Assembly: GCA_963422645.2 (NCBI GenBank)
Contig: CAXXVO010000004.1
Location: 480,001 to 544,000, forward strand
From: Alphaproteobacteria bacterium
Lineage (GTDB): Bacteria; Pseudomonadota; Alphaproteobacteria; UBA828
Direction of reading: 5' to 3'
DNA length: 64,000 bases
Shown: one piece after another, positions 39,891 through 51,044 of the stretch
How the letters are laid out: the number at the start of each line of letters is the position of its first letter
How positions within the stretch are numbered: the first letter of the stretch is position 1
Program-made: the position numbers and the translations under genes
Notes under the pieces: model-generated
The model's database searches: none
Seen by the model: only the letters and a program-made list of their open reading frames with translations
Told to the model about the DNA's origin: nothing

Positions 39891-42377
39891 ATGCCTGAGA
39901 TCATGAGGGACGAAGGCGGCGCGAGCGCCAGCAAGCCGCTCCCAAGCCACGCCAGGGTCGTCGTCATGGGCGGTGGCGTGGTGGGCTGTTCGATCCTCTT
40001 CCATCTCGCCAAGTTCGGCTGGAAGGACGTGATCCTGCTGGAGCGGGAAGAGCTCACCGCCGGATCGTCCTGGCACGCGGCCGGGATGATTCACACGCTT
40101 TCGTCGGACCCCAACATCTCCCGCCTGCAGGGCTACACGATCAATCTCTACAAGGAGATTGAGGAAACCTCGGGCCAGTCCGTCGGCATGCACAACACCG
40201 GCGGCTTTTACCTCGCCTCCACCAGGGATTGGTACGACTACCTCAAGCGCGAGCGCTCCAAGGCGCGCTACATGGGGCTCGACCAGGAGTTCATCTCGCC
40301 GAAGGAGGTCGCGGAGCGCCATCCGCTGATCGATCCCAAGCACTACTACGCCGCACTCTGGGACGAGCTCGACGGCGACGTCGACCCCTCCGGCGCGACC
40401 TACGCCTTCGCCAAGTCCGCGCGCGTCCACGGTGCGCAGTACTTCACCCGGACTCCGGTGGTGGAGACCAACCAACGGCCAGACGGCTCATGGGATGTGG
40501 TCACGCCGCGCGGCACGGTCAACGCCGAGCACATCGTGAACTGCGGCGGGCTCTGGGCGCGCGAAGTGGGCCATTTGGCAGGAGTCGCGCTGCCGGTTCA
40601 GCCGATGGAGCACCACTACCTCATTACCGACACGATCCCCGTGATTGCGGAGAGGATGGGGGAAGGTGGCGCCGGCCACTTGCCGGGGGGCATCGACTAC
40701 GAGGCCAACATCTACTTCCGGCAGGAGCGGCACGGTGTCCTGCTCGGCACCTACGAGCCCAAGTCGACGCCGTGGAACGTCTCCGGCACGCCGCTCGACT
40801 TCGGACAGGAGCTCTTGTCGCCTGACCTCGACCGCATCACCGACCGGCTGGAGATGTCGTTCGAGCGTATTCCGAAGCTCGGCGAGGCCGGGATCAAGGA
40901 CATCATCTGCGGCCCCTTCACCTTCGGTCCCGACGGCAACCCCATGATCGGCCCGGTGCCGGGGGTGCGGAATTACTGGGTGGCCGTGGGCGTCATGGCC
41001 GGCTTTTGCCAGGGCGGCGGGGTCGGCCGCAGCATGGCCGAGTGGATGATCGACGGCGAGCCATCGATCGACGTGTGGGCCATGGACATCGCCCGCTTCG
41101 GCGAGTTCGCGACGCCGGAGTGGGGCACGGTCAAGTCGGCGGAGAACTACGAGCGCCGTTTCGTGATGACCTTCCCCAACGAGACCCTGCCCAAGGGCCG
41201 GCGCCAAAAGACCACCGCGCTCTTCGACCGGCTTCTCGCCAAGGGCGCGGTGATGGACCAGGGTTTCGGGTTGGAGCACGCGCTGTGGTTCGCCAATGAG
41301 CCGGAGGATGCCCACGAGGACCCGTCCTTCCGTCGCTCCCGCGCGCACGACTACGTGGCGCGCGAGGTGAAGGCGGTGCGTGAGGCGGTGGGCTGCATCG
41401 AGATCGCCAACTATTCCAAGCACGGGTTCGAAGGTCCCGGCGCCCGCGCCTTCCTGGACCGCGTGCTGGCCGGCCGCGTGCCGAAGCCCGGCCGCATCGC
41501 GCTGACGCCGATGCTGACCGAGAAGGGAAAACTCTACGGCGATCTCACCGTCGCATGCCTGACGGAAGATCGCTTCATGCTGGTCGGCTCAGGTGTCATG
41601 CAGGAGGCGCATCGGCGCTGGTTCGAGCAGCGCCTCGGCACAGGCGTCGACTACCAGAACCTCTCGGACGCGCTGCACGGTATCGCGCTCTCGGGCCCGC
41701 ACGCCCGCGATCTGCTCGCCCGAATCTCCCGCGACGATGTCTCGGCGGAGGCGTTCCGCTTTCGCGATATTCGCCAGAGCTTCGTCGGTGGCGTGCCGGC
41801 GATCGTCTCGCGGCTCAGCTTTTCGGGCGAGCTCGGCTACGAGATCTTTGTCGCGCCGCAGTACCAGATCGCGCTTGCGGAGGCGATCGAGGACGCTGGC
41901 GTCGATCTCGGTCTGCGCTGGTACGGGGCGCGGGCGCTGATGTCGCTCCGGCTGGAGAAGGCTTGGGGCGTCTGGACGCTCGACTACCGCCCGGACTTCA
42001 CTGCGGCTGAGAGCGGGCTCGACGCCTTCATCCAGTGGGACAAGGAGTTCGTCGGCAAGGCGGCGGCGGAAGCCGAGCGGAGCACCGGGCCTGCCAGGCG
42101 CTTGGTGCCGCTGGTTATCGACTCCCCGGCAATCGACGGCAAACTCATCGACGTATCGAACGACGAGGCAATCCTGCGAGAGGGTAGGGCCGTCGGATAC
42201 GTGAGCTCGGGCGGCTACGCGCATCATGTCGGGCAATCCATGGCGATGGGCTATGTGCCGACGGAGATGGCGGCGACCGACGAGCGCTTCGACGTGGAGA
42301 TTTTGGGAGAGATGTTCCCCGCGCGCGTGCAGACCACGCCGCTCTACGATCCCAACGGTGGGAGAATGCGAAGCTGA
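39891..42377 (+). CDS. FAD/THF-dependent GcvT-family dehydrogenase (dimethylglycine/sarcosine dehydrogenase-like)
   Basis: GGGVVG, GSSWHAAG, PDGNP, SFSGELGYE, SLRLEK, YDPNGGRMRS. Confidence 0.9.
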   Translation: MPEIMRDEGGASASKPLPSHARVVVMGGGVVGCSILFHLAKFGWKDVILLEREELTAGSSWHAAGMIHTLSSDPNISRLQGYTINLYKEIEETSGQSVGMHNTGGFYLASTRDWYDYLKRERSKARYMGLDQEFISPKEVAERHPLIDPKHYYAALWDELDGDVDPSGATYAFAKSARVHGAQYFTRTPVVETNQRPDGSWDVVTPRGTVNAEHIVNCGGLWAREVGHLAGVALPVQPMEHHYLITDTIPVIAERMGEGGAGHLPGGIDYEANIYFRQERHGVLLGTYEPKSTPWNVSGTPLDFGQELLSPDLDRITDRLEMSFERIPKLGEAGIKDIICGPFTFGPDGNPMIGPVPGVRNYWVAVGVMAGFCQGGGVGRSMAEWMIDGEPSIDVWAMDIARFGEFATPEWGTVKSAENYERRFVMTFPNETLPKGRRQKTTALFDRLLAKGAVMDQGFGLEHALWFANEPEDAHEDPSFRRSRAHDYVAREVKAVREAVGCIEIANYSKHGFEGPGARAFLDRVLAGRVPKPGRIALTPMLTEKGKLYGDLTVACLTEDRFMLVGSGVMQEAHRRWFEQRLGTGVDYQNLSDALHGIALSGPHARDLLARISRDDVSAEAFRFRDIRQSFVGGVPAIVSRLSFSGELGYEIFVAPQYQIALAEAIEDAGVDLGLRWYGARALMSLRLEKAWGVWTLDYRPDFTAAESGLDAFIQWDKEFVGKAAAEAERSTGPARRLVPLVIDSPAIDGKLIDVSNDEAILREGRAVGYVSSGGYAHHVGQSMAMGYVPTEMAATDERFDVEILGEMFPARVQTTPLYDPNGGRMRS

Positions 42378-42585
42378 ATTGTCTCAATGACCATCTTCGA
42401 ACACCGCTCACCAAGCCTCGGCGCGGCAAGACGCTCTCCCCCAATCGTGCCAGGGGCGACAGGGCTTCCGCTATGGGCTAGGTTGGGTGGGCCAGTTCGT
42501 TTCGGGCGGGGAGAATGGCGCCGCGTATCTCTTCCAAGAGCGGTGCAGCGGTGCCGGCAGAGAGCAACACTCGGAGGACAAGCAG

Positions 42586-44313
42586 ATGAAAGACCGAAAA
42601 GTGATAAGCCGTGACCCACGGCGTTACACGCTGCCGTCGGAGCGCGCGTTGGGCGCCGAGACGCATTCCTACATGCCCGAGCTCTGCGATCAGTTGCAGA
42701 CAGGCAAGATCAACCGGCGCGACTTCCTGCGCCAGGCGGCGCTGCTCGGTGTGGCGACGGGCACTGTCTACGCCATGGCCGACCAGCTCACCGGCCGTGG
42801 CGGCATTATCGGATCGGCGATGGCCGACGAGATGCCCAAGGCGGGCGGCACGCTCAGGGTCTCCATGCGCGTGCAGGAGATGACCGACCCGGCGACCTTC
42901 CCATGGACGGAGAGGTCGAACGTCTCGCGCTTCATGACGGAGTATCTGACCCGCACGGGGTCGGACAACGTCACAGTTCCCTACCTCGCCAAGAGTTGGG
43001 AGGCCTCCGACGACCTCTCGACCTGGGTGTTCCACCTGAACCAGGGCATTACCTGGTCGAATGGCGACGCCTTCACGTCCGCCGACGTGGCCCATACGGT
43101 CAACCGCTGGCTCGATCCGGCGGTCGGGTCGTCCAACCTCGGTCTCTTCGGCGCCATGGTCGAGGAGGGCGAGGACGGCCAGCCGCGCGGCATCCCCGGC
43201 GCGGTCGAAGTGATCGACGATCACACCATTCAGTTCAACTTGAAGCAAGCAGCTCTGGCCATGCCGGAGAACTTCTACAACTACCCGACTGCCATCGTGC
43301 ATCGGGGCTTCGGTGTGGATTACGAGGCCGATCTCTCGGCAAACCCCATCGGCACCGGCCCCTTCGAGCTGGCCGAGTACGCGCTGGGTGAGAGAGCCAT
43401 CTTGCGCAGGGCGCGGGACTGGTGGGCCGGGGACTTCTACCTCGACGAGATTCACTATTTCGACCACGGCGAGGACACGAACGCCTGGATCGCGGCGCTC
43501 GCATCTCAGCAGGTGGACATGGTCTTCCGCCTGCCGAACAACCTCATCGATGCGGCGCAGGCTTTGCCCTTCGTGGACATTCACCCGGTGACGACGGCGC
43601 AGACCGCCGTAATGCGCTTCCGTATCTCCCAGGAGCCCTTCGACAATCCCAAGCTTCGCCAGGCGGTCGTGGCGTGCATGGATCACCAGGAGATCCTGGA
43701 CAAGGCGTTCCAGGGCCGAGGGCAGATCGCCGAGAACCATCACGTCTGCCCGATCCATCCCGAGTATGCGGCGCTGCCGCCGCTCAAGCGGGACATCGAG
43801 AAGGCGAAGGCGCTCTTGGCCGAGGCCGGTTATCCCGACGGGATCACGCTCGAGATCGCCAACGGCGATACCGAGGGCCCGTGGATGACCGACGCCTGCG
43901 CGATCTTCAAGAACCAGGCAGCGCCGGCGGGCATCAACATCGACATCAACAAGATGCCGGCCAACCAGTACTGGGAGGTCTGGGACAAGGCGCCGTGGGG
44001 CTACACCGCGTGGACGCATCGCCCGCTCGGCACCATGGTGCTGGGGCTCGCCTACCGGAAGGGCGTGCCGTGGAACGAGGTCGCCTACGACAATCCGGCC
44101 TTCGATGCGGCGCTCGACGATGCCGAGGCCACACTCGACGTCAACGAGCGTAGGAAGAAGATGGAGGTCTGCCAGAAGCTCCTGCAGGACGACGCAATCA
44201 TCCCGCAGCCATTCTGGCGCTCTGTCTACAAGGCGTCGAACAAGCGGGTGAAGGGCCACGCGACCCACCCAACCTTGTACCACCAGTTCCACAACGTGTG
44301 GTTGGACGGTTGA
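42586..44313 (+). CDS. Dpp/Opp-type ABC substrate-binding protein (Tat)
   Basis: NRRDFLR, LAKSWE, GTGPF, AKALLAEAGY. Confidence 0.9.
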   Translation: MKDRKVISRDPRRYTLPSERALGAETHSYMPELCDQLQTGKINRRDFLRQAALLGVATGTVYAMADQLTGRGGIIGSAMADEMPKAGGTLRVSMRVQEMTDPATFPWTERSNVSRFMTEYLTRTGSDNVTVPYLAKSWEASDDLSTWVFHLNQGITWSNGDAFTSADVAHTVNRWLDPAVGSSNLGLFGAMVEEGEDGQPRGIPGAVEVIDDHTIQFNLKQAALAMPENFYNYPTAIVHRGFGVDYEADLSANPIGTGPFELAEYALGERAILRRARDWWAGDFYLDEIHYFDHGEDTNAWIAALASQQVDMVFRLPNNLIDAAQALPFVDIHPVTTAQTAVMRFRISQEPFDNPKLRQAVVACMDHQEILDKAFQGRGQIAENHHVCPIHPEYAALPPLKRDIEKAKALLAEAGYPDGITLEIANGDTEGPWMTDACAIFKNQAAPAGINIDINKMPANQYWEVWDKAPWGYTAWTHRPLGTMVLGLAYRKGVPWNEVAYDNPAFDAALDDAEATLDVNERRKKMEVCQKLLQDDAIIPQPFWRSVYKASNKRVKGHATHPTLYHQFHNVWLDG

Positions 44314-44322
44314 CCGAAGCGC

Positions 44323-44355
44323 GGCACGGGGGTCTTCGGGCCCCCGTGCCACTTT
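44323..44355 (+). terminator. Stem-loop after the binding-protein gene
   Basis: GGCACGGGGG-TCTTCGGG-CCCCCGTGCC followed by ACTTT. Confidence 0.65.
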
Positions 44356-44417
44356 CCCGGTGCGGCGGGTACGGGCTGCACGTCGCGCTGAGCCGTCTCT
44401 GAGGGTCGGGGGGCGGC

Positions 44418-45350
44418 ATGGTCCAACTCATCGTGCGGCGCATCGGCATGATGATCCTCGTCATGCTGGTCGTCGCATTACTGCTCTTCCTCATTAATGA
44501 GGGCGATCCCCGGCTCATCGCCCGCAGCATTCTCGGCCCCTATGCGCAGGACCAGCAGCTCGACGCCTGGGTGATCGCGAACGGCTATGACCGCTCGGTT
44601 ATCGTTCGCTATTTCGAATGGATCGGCCGGATATTTGCCGGCGATCTCGGTGAGTCCGTCATCTACAAGCGGCCGGTCAGCGAGATATTCTGGGACCGCC
44701 TCGGCAACACCGGCATCCTGGCAGGCGTCACCTTCGTCATCATGGTGCTGATCGCGCTGACCCTCGGCGTGCTGGCCGGCATGAAGGAAGGCTCCCTGCA
44801 GGATCGGGCGATCTCGGTCTTCTCGATCATCACCACCTCGATCCCGGAATATGCGAGCGCGGTCTTCCTCGTCGGCATCTTCGTCTTCTGGCTCGGCTGG
44901 CTACCGGGGACCTCGTCGATGACATCGGGGTTCGACCCGGTCCAGATGATCCTGCCGGTGCTGGTTCTGACCCTCTACGGCTTCGGCTACATCGCGCGGA
45001 TGACGCGCGCCTCTATGGCCGAGGTTATGACCACGCCCTACATCCGCACCGCGGTGCTCAAGGGGCTGCCCTACCGGCACATCATCCTCAGACACGCCCT
45101 GAGAAATGCGCTGATCGCGCCCTTCACCGTGATCATGCTGCAGATCAATTGGCTGTTGTCCGGCGTGGTCGTGACCGAGTTTGCCTTCGGCTACAAGGGG
45201 TTCGGTGCGCTACTGCTGGAGGCGGCACTCCGGCGCGACATCTTCGTAATCGAGGCCTGCGGCGTCGCGGCGGTCTTCGTCGCGGTCTTCACTCAGACCG
45301 TAGGCGATCTCGGCTACACCTATCTGAACCCGAGGATCAGGTTCAAGTGA
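44418..45350 (+). CDS. DppB-like permease
   Basis: GDLGES, YIRTAVLKGL, HALRNAL, LNPRI. Confidence 0.92.
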   Translation: MVQLIVRRIGMMILVMLVVALLLFLINEGDPRLIARSILGPYAQDQQLDAWVIANGYDRSVIVRYFEWIGRIFAGDLGESVIYKRPVSEIFWDRLGNTGILAGVTFVIMVLIALTLGVLAGMKEGSLQDRAISVFSIITTSIPEYASAVFLVGIFVFWLGWLPGTSSMTSGFDPVQMILPVLVLTLYGFGYIARMTRASMAEVMTTPYIRTAVLKGLPYRHIILRHALRNALIAPFTVIMLQINWLLSGVVVTEFAFGYKGFGALLLEAALRRDIFVIEACGVAAVFVAVFTQTVGDLGYTYLNPRIRFK

Positions 45351-46252
45351 GCGACCTGCCGCGCACGAGCGCCGCCAGCACGCCGCTCTCCCGGCTCGGC
45401 GCGAGCTTCGCGGCGTCGCTCAGGCCTGTCCTTCTGCTTCGGGAGAGCCCGGTCGGCATGATCGGGGGCGGAATCATCCTCGGTTTCGTGATTCTGGCAA
45501 TTTTCGCGGAGTTCATCGCGCCATACGGTCCCAATGCAACAATGGTGCCCTTCACCTTCCCCGGCGCGGAGGCGCCGGACGGGGGCATCTTCCTGCTCGG
45601 CACTGACCATCTTGGGCGCGACATTCTGTCGAGGATCATCTTCGGCGGTCAGCGGGTGCTCTTCTACGCCACCGCCGCTACGGTCTGCGCCTACGTTGTG
45701 GGCATCCTCATGGGCTTGGCCGCGGGCTATTTCCGCGGCTATCTCGACGAGATTCTCTCCTTCGTCGCCAACGTCATTCTTTCGTTCCCCATCATGGTGC
45801 TCTACGTGCTGATCATCGCGAAGGTCGGTGCATCGGGGATCAACATCGTCTTTGCCGTCGTCTTCGCGTCTTCGCCCGGCATCATGCGTATCGTGCGCGG
45901 CGTGACGATGGACATCGCGACCCGCGACTACATCGCGGCGGCGCAAACTCGCGGCGAGGGCCCTTGGTACATCATGCTGATGGAGATCCTGCCCAACGCG
46001 CGCGGGCCGCTGATCGTCGATTTCTGCCTGCGCATGGGCTACACGACAATCACCATCGGGGCGCTGGGCTTCCTCGGTCTCGGCCTGCCACCGCCCGACC
46101 CTGACTGGGGCGGCATGATCACCGAGACCCGGGCCTTCGTCTCCGGCGGTTTCCCCCACATGGCGATCCTGCCCGCCTGCGCCGTCTCCCTGCTGGTGCT
46201 CGGCTTCAACCTGCTGGCCGACGGGCTGCGCGAAGTGTCGCTCAGGGACTAG
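45347..46252 (+). CDS. DppC-like permease
   Basis: LGTDHLGRDILSR, LGFLGLG.PPPDPDWG, FNLLADGLR. Confidence 0.92.
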   Translation: MSDLPRTSAASTPLSRLGASFAASLRPVLLLRESPVGMIGGGIILGFVILAIFAEFIAPYGPNATMVPFTFPGAEAPDGGIFLLGTDHLGRDILSRIIFGGQRVLFYATAATVCAYVVGILMGLAAGYFRGYLDEILSFVANVILSFPIMVLYVLIIAKVGASGINIVFAVVFASSPGIMRIVRGVTMDIATRDYIAAAQTRGEGPWYIMLMEILPNARGPLIVDFCLRMGYTTITIGALGFLGLGLPPPDPDWGGMITETRAFVSGGFPHMAILPACAVSLLVLGFNLLADGLREVSLRD

Positions 46253-46260
46253 GAGTCGGA

Positions 46261-48372
46261 ATGTCAGATCACTCTTCCGAACCGCCGGTCCTCGAGATCA
46301 CCGGCCTCTGCCTCAGCTACTACACGCGGGCCGGTGAGGTTCCCGCGGTCTACGACTTCGACCTCACCGTGGCGAAGGGGGAATCGGTCGGGCTCGTGGG
46401 CGAATCCGGCTGTGGCAAGTCCACCGTGGCCAACGGCGTCATGCGCTACATGGGGCAAAACGGCGACATCGTCGGCGGCACCATCAAGTTCAAGGGCCGT
46501 GACATGGCCGAGATGTCCGAGGAGGAGATCCGCCGCGTGCGCGGCAAGGACATCGCCATGATCTACCAGGAGCCCATGGCCTCGCTCAACCCGAGCCTGA
46601 CCATCGGCCAGCAGCTCATGGAAGTGCCGATAATCCATGAGGGCGTGAGTGGGAGTGAGGCTTTCCAGCGCGCCTATGACATGCTGGCATCGGTGCACAT
46701 CCCGGACCCCAAGCGCCTGATGATTTCCTATCCGCACCAAGTCTCGGGCGGCCAGCAACAGCGTGTGGTGATCGCCATGGCGCTGCTCTCAAGGCCGGCG
46801 CTGCTGCTGCTGGATGAGCCCACGACGGCGCTGGACGTGACGGTGGAGGCCGGGATCGTCGAGTTGATCGCCGAGCTAAGCCGCCAGACCGGCTCTTCGC
46901 TGCTCTACATCTCCCACAATCTCGGCCTGATGCTGGAGGTGTGCGACCGGATCTGCGTGATGTATTCGGGCGAGGTGGTGGAGGAGGGGACGATCGATTC
47001 CATCTTCTCCTGGCCCAAGCATCCCTACACGCAAGGCCTCTTCGGCTGCATCCCGCTTCCCCATGCCGACAAGAACGCGCGCCCCCTGGTCTCCATCAAG
47101 GGCCAGCTTCCGCTCCCCCACGAACGGCCGGAGGGCTGCAATTTCGGGCCCCGATGCCGCTTCTTCGAGGCTGGGCGGTGCGACAAGGGCCTGATTCCAA
47201 TGGAGGGGGTCCACACTGACGACGATCCGGCGCACCGGGTGCGCTGTACGCGCTGGGAAGGGATCGATGTCACGGAAGTGGTTCGCGCCGACGAAGTCCG
47301 TGAGCCTATCGCAGTTGGCGAGACTGTCCTCGAGGTCGCCGACATGCGCAAGTACTACAAGGTGCGCGAACGCTCGTTGGCGGCGTTCGTCTCCGGTGGC
47401 GCGGTGCGCGAGGTCAAGGCGAACGAGAGCATCAGCTTCCGCGCGGGGGAGGGAGAAACCGTAGCTATCGTCGGCGAATCAGGCTGCGGCAAGTCCACCT
47501 TCGCCAAGGTGCTGATGGGGCTGGAGACCGCGACCGACGGGGAGGTCGTGCTCGACGGGACCGACCTCGGAAGCATTCCGGTCAACAAGCGTACGGCGGC
47601 GCAGCTCTCCTCGCTGCAGATGGTGTTCCAGAACCCGAACGACACGCTCAACCCCTCCCACTCGGTCGGCTATCAGATCGGGCGCGTGATCAAGCGCTTC
47701 GGCATCGAGCGCGATTCGATCAAGCGGCGGGAGCTGGTGTACGAGCTGCTGGATACGGTGAAGCTGCCGCGCGAGTTCATGACGCGGAAGCCGCGCCAGC
47801 TCTCGGGTGGCCAGAAGCAAAGGGTGGGCATCGCCCGGGCCTTCGCCGGCAACCCGAAGACGGTGATCGCGGACGAGCCGATCTCGGCGCTGGACGTCTC
47901 GGTCGCCGCGGCGGTGACGGAACTGCTGATGGATATTCAGCGCGAGCACCGGACGACGCTGCTCTTCATCAGCCACGATCTCTCCGCGGTCCGCTATCTC
48001 TCCGACCGTGTTGTGGTGATGTATCTCGGCCAGATCATGGAGCGCGGCTCGACGGAGCAGATATTCTCACCTCCCTACCATCCCTACACCGAGGCACTGC
48101 TCTCCGCGGTGCCGATCGCGGATCCCGAGGTGCAGAGGCGCCGCATCGTGCTGGAGGGATCCTTGCCCAGTCCGCTCGACCCGCCCAAGGGGTGCCCCTT
48201 CTCGACCCGGTGCCCGCGCAAGCTTGGCGCGATCTGCGAGGACGAGCCGCCGCCGCTCCAAGCCAATGCCGACCGCCACGTGATCGCCTGCCATATCCCG
48301 CTTGAGGAGTTGCGCGAGGTCGCGCCGGTGATCTCCATTCCCGATCGCGACGAAGTCCACGTCACACAGTAA
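46261..48372 (+). CDS. Fused DppD/DppF ABC ATPase
   Basis: Two GESGCGKST domains, HPYT, Cys-rich tails. Confidence 0.93.
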   Translation: MSDHSSEPPVLEITGLCLSYYTRAGEVPAVYDFDLTVAKGESVGLVGESGCGKSTVANGVMRYMGQNGDIVGGTIKFKGRDMAEMSEEEIRRVRGKDIAMIYQEPMASLNPSLTIGQQLMEVPIIHEGVSGSEAFQRAYDMLASVHIPDPKRLMISYPHQVSGGQQQRVVIAMALLSRPALLLLDEPTTALDVTVEAGIVELIAELSRQTGSSLLYISHNLGLMLEVCDRICVMYSGEVVEEGTIDSIFSWPKHPYTQGLFGCIPLPHADKNARPLVSIKGQLPLPHERPEGCNFGPRCRFFEAGRCDKGLIPMEGVHTDDDPAHRVRCTRWEGIDVTEVVRADEVREPIAVGETVLEVADMRKYYKVRERSLAAFVSGGAVREVKANESISFRAGEGETVAIVGESGCGKSTFAKVLMGLETATDGEVVLDGTDLGSIPVNKRTAAQLSSLQMVFQNPNDTLNPSHSVGYQIGRVIKRFGIERDSIKRRELVYELLDTVKLPREFMTRKPRQLSGGQKQRVGIARAFAGNPKTVIADEPISALDVSVAAAVTELLMDIQREHRTTLLFISHDLSAVRYLSDRVVVMYLGQIMERGSTEQIFSPPYHPYTEALLSAVPIADPEVQRRRIVLEGSLPSPLDPPKGCPFSTRCPRKLGAICEDEPPPLQANADRHVIACHIPLEELREVAPVISIPDRDEVHVTQ

Positions 48373-48376
48373 GACC

Positions 48377-49585
48377 ATGAATGAGATGCCGCCGGCGCCC
48401 GACGAGACGGCGCTTCGGCTCGGCCGGCTGGCGCGGCTACGCGCCGAGATGGCGCGGTTGGGTTTCGCGGCGTTGGTGCTGACCGATCCGCACAATGTGC
48501 GCTACGCGACCGGCGCCCGAAACATGATGCCCTTCGTCCTGCGCAATCCGGCGCGCTACGTGTTCGTGCCCCTGGAGGGGCCGGTTGTCTTGTTCGAGTT
48601 CGCGGGTTGCGAGCACCTGGAACGCGACAATCCGGCGGTTGACGATATCCGAGTCTCCACAACGGTCTCTTACGTTGCGCGGGGGCCGCTGCTCGATGAG
48701 ACGGCCAAGGTCTGGGCCGGAGAGATCGCTGCGCTGATGCGCCAGCACTGCCCGGGCGAAACGCGGATCGGGTTGGAGCGCATCGATGCGCGTGCCGTAG
48801 GCTATCTGGCGGAACAGGGGTTCGCGATCCTAGATGCTCAAGCGCCGGCGGAGAGGGCACGCTCCATCAAGACACCGGAGGAGATTGTTTGCTCTAAGCG
48901 CTCGATGGCGTGCGTTATGGCGGCAGAGAGAGCGTTGGAGGAGGCCATCAGGCCCGGGATCACTGAGAACGCGCTGTGGGCGGAGTTCCATCGTCACGTG
49001 ATCGCGAACGACGGGGACTACGTGGAGACGCGGTTGCTCAGCTCGGGCGAGAGAACCAACCCCTGGTTTCAGGAGACCGGCCCGCACGTAATCCGTGCCG
49101 GCGACTTGGTGGCCCACGATACCGACGTGATCGGACCGCACGGTTACTACGCAGATTTCTCACGCACCTTCCTTTGCGGCGAAGAGGGGCCGACGCCGGA
49201 ACAGCGAACGCTCTATCGTCTCGCCCACGACCAGATCCAGCACAATATGGCGCTGATCAAACCGGGGCGAACCTTTCGGGAAATTACGGAAGCGGCCTGG
49301 AAAATGCCCGCGCCATATTACGCAAGACGGTATTACCTCATGATTCACGGCATCGGGATGACCGGCGAGTATCCTTACATCGTGTACGAAGCCGATTACG
49401 ACGCCGGGCAGGACTACGACGGCATCGTCGAGCCCAACATGACGCTCTGCGTGGAAAGCTTCATCGGTCACGAGGATGGAGGCGAAGGGGTAAAGCTGGA
49501 GCAACAGGTTCTGGTTACCAAGACAGGCTTCGAACTGATGAGCACGTACCCTTTCGACGAAAGGTTGCTCGGCCGCGAGGTGTGA
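48377..49585 (+). CDS. M24 metallopeptidase-fold protein, DddP-like
   Basis: ETRLLSSGERTNPWFQE, DTD..D, HGIG, CVES, KLEQQ. Confidence 0.8.
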   Translation: MNEMPPAPDETALRLGRLARLRAEMARLGFAALVLTDPHNVRYATGARNMMPFVLRNPARYVFVPLEGPVVLFEFAGCEHLERDNPAVDDIRVSTTVSYVARGPLLDETAKVWAGEIAALMRQHCPGETRIGLERIDARAVGYLAEQGFAILDAQAPAERARSIKTPEEIVCSKRSMACVMAAERALEEAIRPGITENALWAEFHRHVIANDGDYVETRLLSSGERTNPWFQETGPHVIRAGDLVAHDTDVIGPHGYYADFSRTFLCGEEGPTPEQRTLYRLAHDQIQHNMALIKPGRTFREITEAAWKMPAPYYARRYYLMIHGIGMTGEYPYIVYEADYDAGQDYDGIVEPNMTLCVESFIGHEDGGEGVKLEQQVLVTKTGFELMSTYPFDERLLGREV

Positions 49586-49587
49586 GG

Positions 49588-50208
49588 ATGGGGACGCTCT
49601 TTCCTCCGCTTCCGCCTGGCCCCTTCGACATCATCTACGTCGACCCTCCGTGGGACTATCGCGGGCAGCTCCAGCACGCCGGCGAGGGAACCCAGGATAC
49701 GGGCGGTGCGATCAGGCACTATCCAACGGTGACCCTGCACGACCTCAAGACCTTGAATGTCCCCGGTATTTGTGCGCAAGACTGCCTGCTATTCATGTGG
49801 GCGACCAACCCGCATCTTGATCAAGCCATTGACTTGGGAAAGGCGTGGGACTTTGCATGGGCGACGGTTGCGTTTGTGTGGGATAAAGTGAGGGTGAATC
49901 CCGGCTTTTATACCATGAGCCAATGCGAGTTGTGCCTCGTGTTCAAGAGGGGGAAGATCCCGTCCCCGCGTGGCGCGAGGAATGTTCGCCAACTCGTCAC
50001 CGCTAAGCGCGGGGCTCACTCGCAAAAGCCGGACGAGGTGTGGCTCCGCATCGAGAAAATGTTCCCACTCCTCCGCAAGATCGAACTGTTTGCTCGTGAA
50101 ACCGACGAAGAGAGTCTCGTCGATCACCAGTGGACGAGATGGGGGTTCGAAGCCCGTGATGCAGAAGCATCTGGAGTGGCGCGAGAGTTGGCAGGCGGAG
50201 GCCGCTGA
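49588..50208 (+). CDS. MT-A70 family N6-adenine DNA methyltransferase (M.MunI-like)
   Basis: DIIYVDPPW, LFMW, FVWDK, HSQKP, IELFAR. Confidence 0.88.
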   Translation: MGTLFPPLPPGPFDIIYVDPPWDYRGQLQHAGEGTQDTGGAIRHYPTVTLHDLKTLNVPGICAQDCLLFMWATNPHLDQAIDLGKAWDFAWATVAFVWDKVRVNPGFYTMSQCELCLVFKRGKIPSPRGARNVRQLVTAKRGAHSQKPDEVWLRIEKMFPLLRKIELFARETDEESLVDHQWTRWGFEARDAEASGVARELAGGGR

Positions 50209-50321
50209 GAGGGGGGGAGAAGCGTCGAGAAAATTCGTAACTACCCAGGTACCCCAATCCTGAGTTGAGGACGGTGATTATGGCGGCGGCCGCGGTCTGG
50301 TTCTGCCACCGCGATTGGTTC

Positions 50322-50381
50322 TTGACCTCATAGAGTTGCGGGACTATGGACTGCTCTCTCGCGTGACGGGAGCGGTCCATG
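50322..50381 (+). promoter_or_regulatory. Sigma70-like promoter plus RBS/start-sequestering hairpin in the IS66 left end
   Basis: TTGACC-N17-TATGGA (50322-50350); ATGGACTGCTCTC pairs with GGGAGCGGTCCAT (50346-50380). Confidence 0.55.
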
Positions 50382-51044
50382 GGGTATTTCGGCTCGAAGG
50401 CGACAGCAGGTCTGTGCCAAGCGCTGATTGCGCTGATGCCGCCGCACTCCGTCTACATCGAAAGCCACCTTGGGGGCGGGGCGCTGACGAAGCGCAAGCC
50501 GCCGGCCGTGCGTTCGATCGGCATCGACCGCGATGCGCAGGCGCTCGAGGCCTTCGTCTGCGACTACCCGGTCGATCTGGTTCACGGCTGTGCCCATGAC
50601 TTCCTGGCCTCGTTCCCGTTCCTGGGCCCGGAGCTGGTTTACAGCGATCCGCCCTATCTGCACGCGACCCGCCGCTCGGCGCAGCGCTACCGCTTCGAGT
50701 ACGAGGAGGCCGGCCACGTCGCGCTTCTCGCGCTGCTCAAGGCTCTGCCCTGCCAGGTCATGATCTCGGGCCATCCGTCGGCGCTCTATGACGAGGTGCT
50801 GGCGGGATGGCGCCGGCTGGCGCTGCAGGTCACGACCCAGGGTCTGGTGCGAACCGAGGTCGTCTGGTTCAACTACGCCCCCGACCGGATGCATTGGGCC
50901 AGCCACGCAGGCCGGAACTTCACCGACCGCCAGCGCATCAAGCGCAAGGCAGCCAACTGGGGCCGGCGCTACCAGGCCTTGCCGCCGGGCGAACGCCTCG
51001 CCGTGCTCGCCGCCATGATGGCCGTCGAGGCCGAAGACACGTGA
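50379..51044 (+). CDS. Dam-like (D12 class) N6-adenine DNA methyltransferase
   Basis: GYFGSK, YIESHLGGGA (motif I) and VYSDPPY (motif IV). Confidence 0.88.
   Translation: MGYFGSKATAGLCQALIALMPPHSVYIESHLGGGALTKRKPPAVRSIGIDRDAQALEAFVCDYPVDLVHGCAHDFLASFPFLGPELVYSDPPYLHATRRSAQRYRFEYEEAGHVALLALLKALPCQVMISGHPSALYDEVLAGWRRLALQVTTQGLVRTEVVWFNYAPDRMHWASHAGRNFTDRQRIKRKAANWGRRYQALPPGERLAVLAAMMAVEAEDT

Noticed and set aside
48976-49587. Long N-terminal extension of the MT-A70 ORF
   Set aside because: Overlaps the M24 gene out of frame; the ATG at 49588 follows a GAGG SD and the upstream stop
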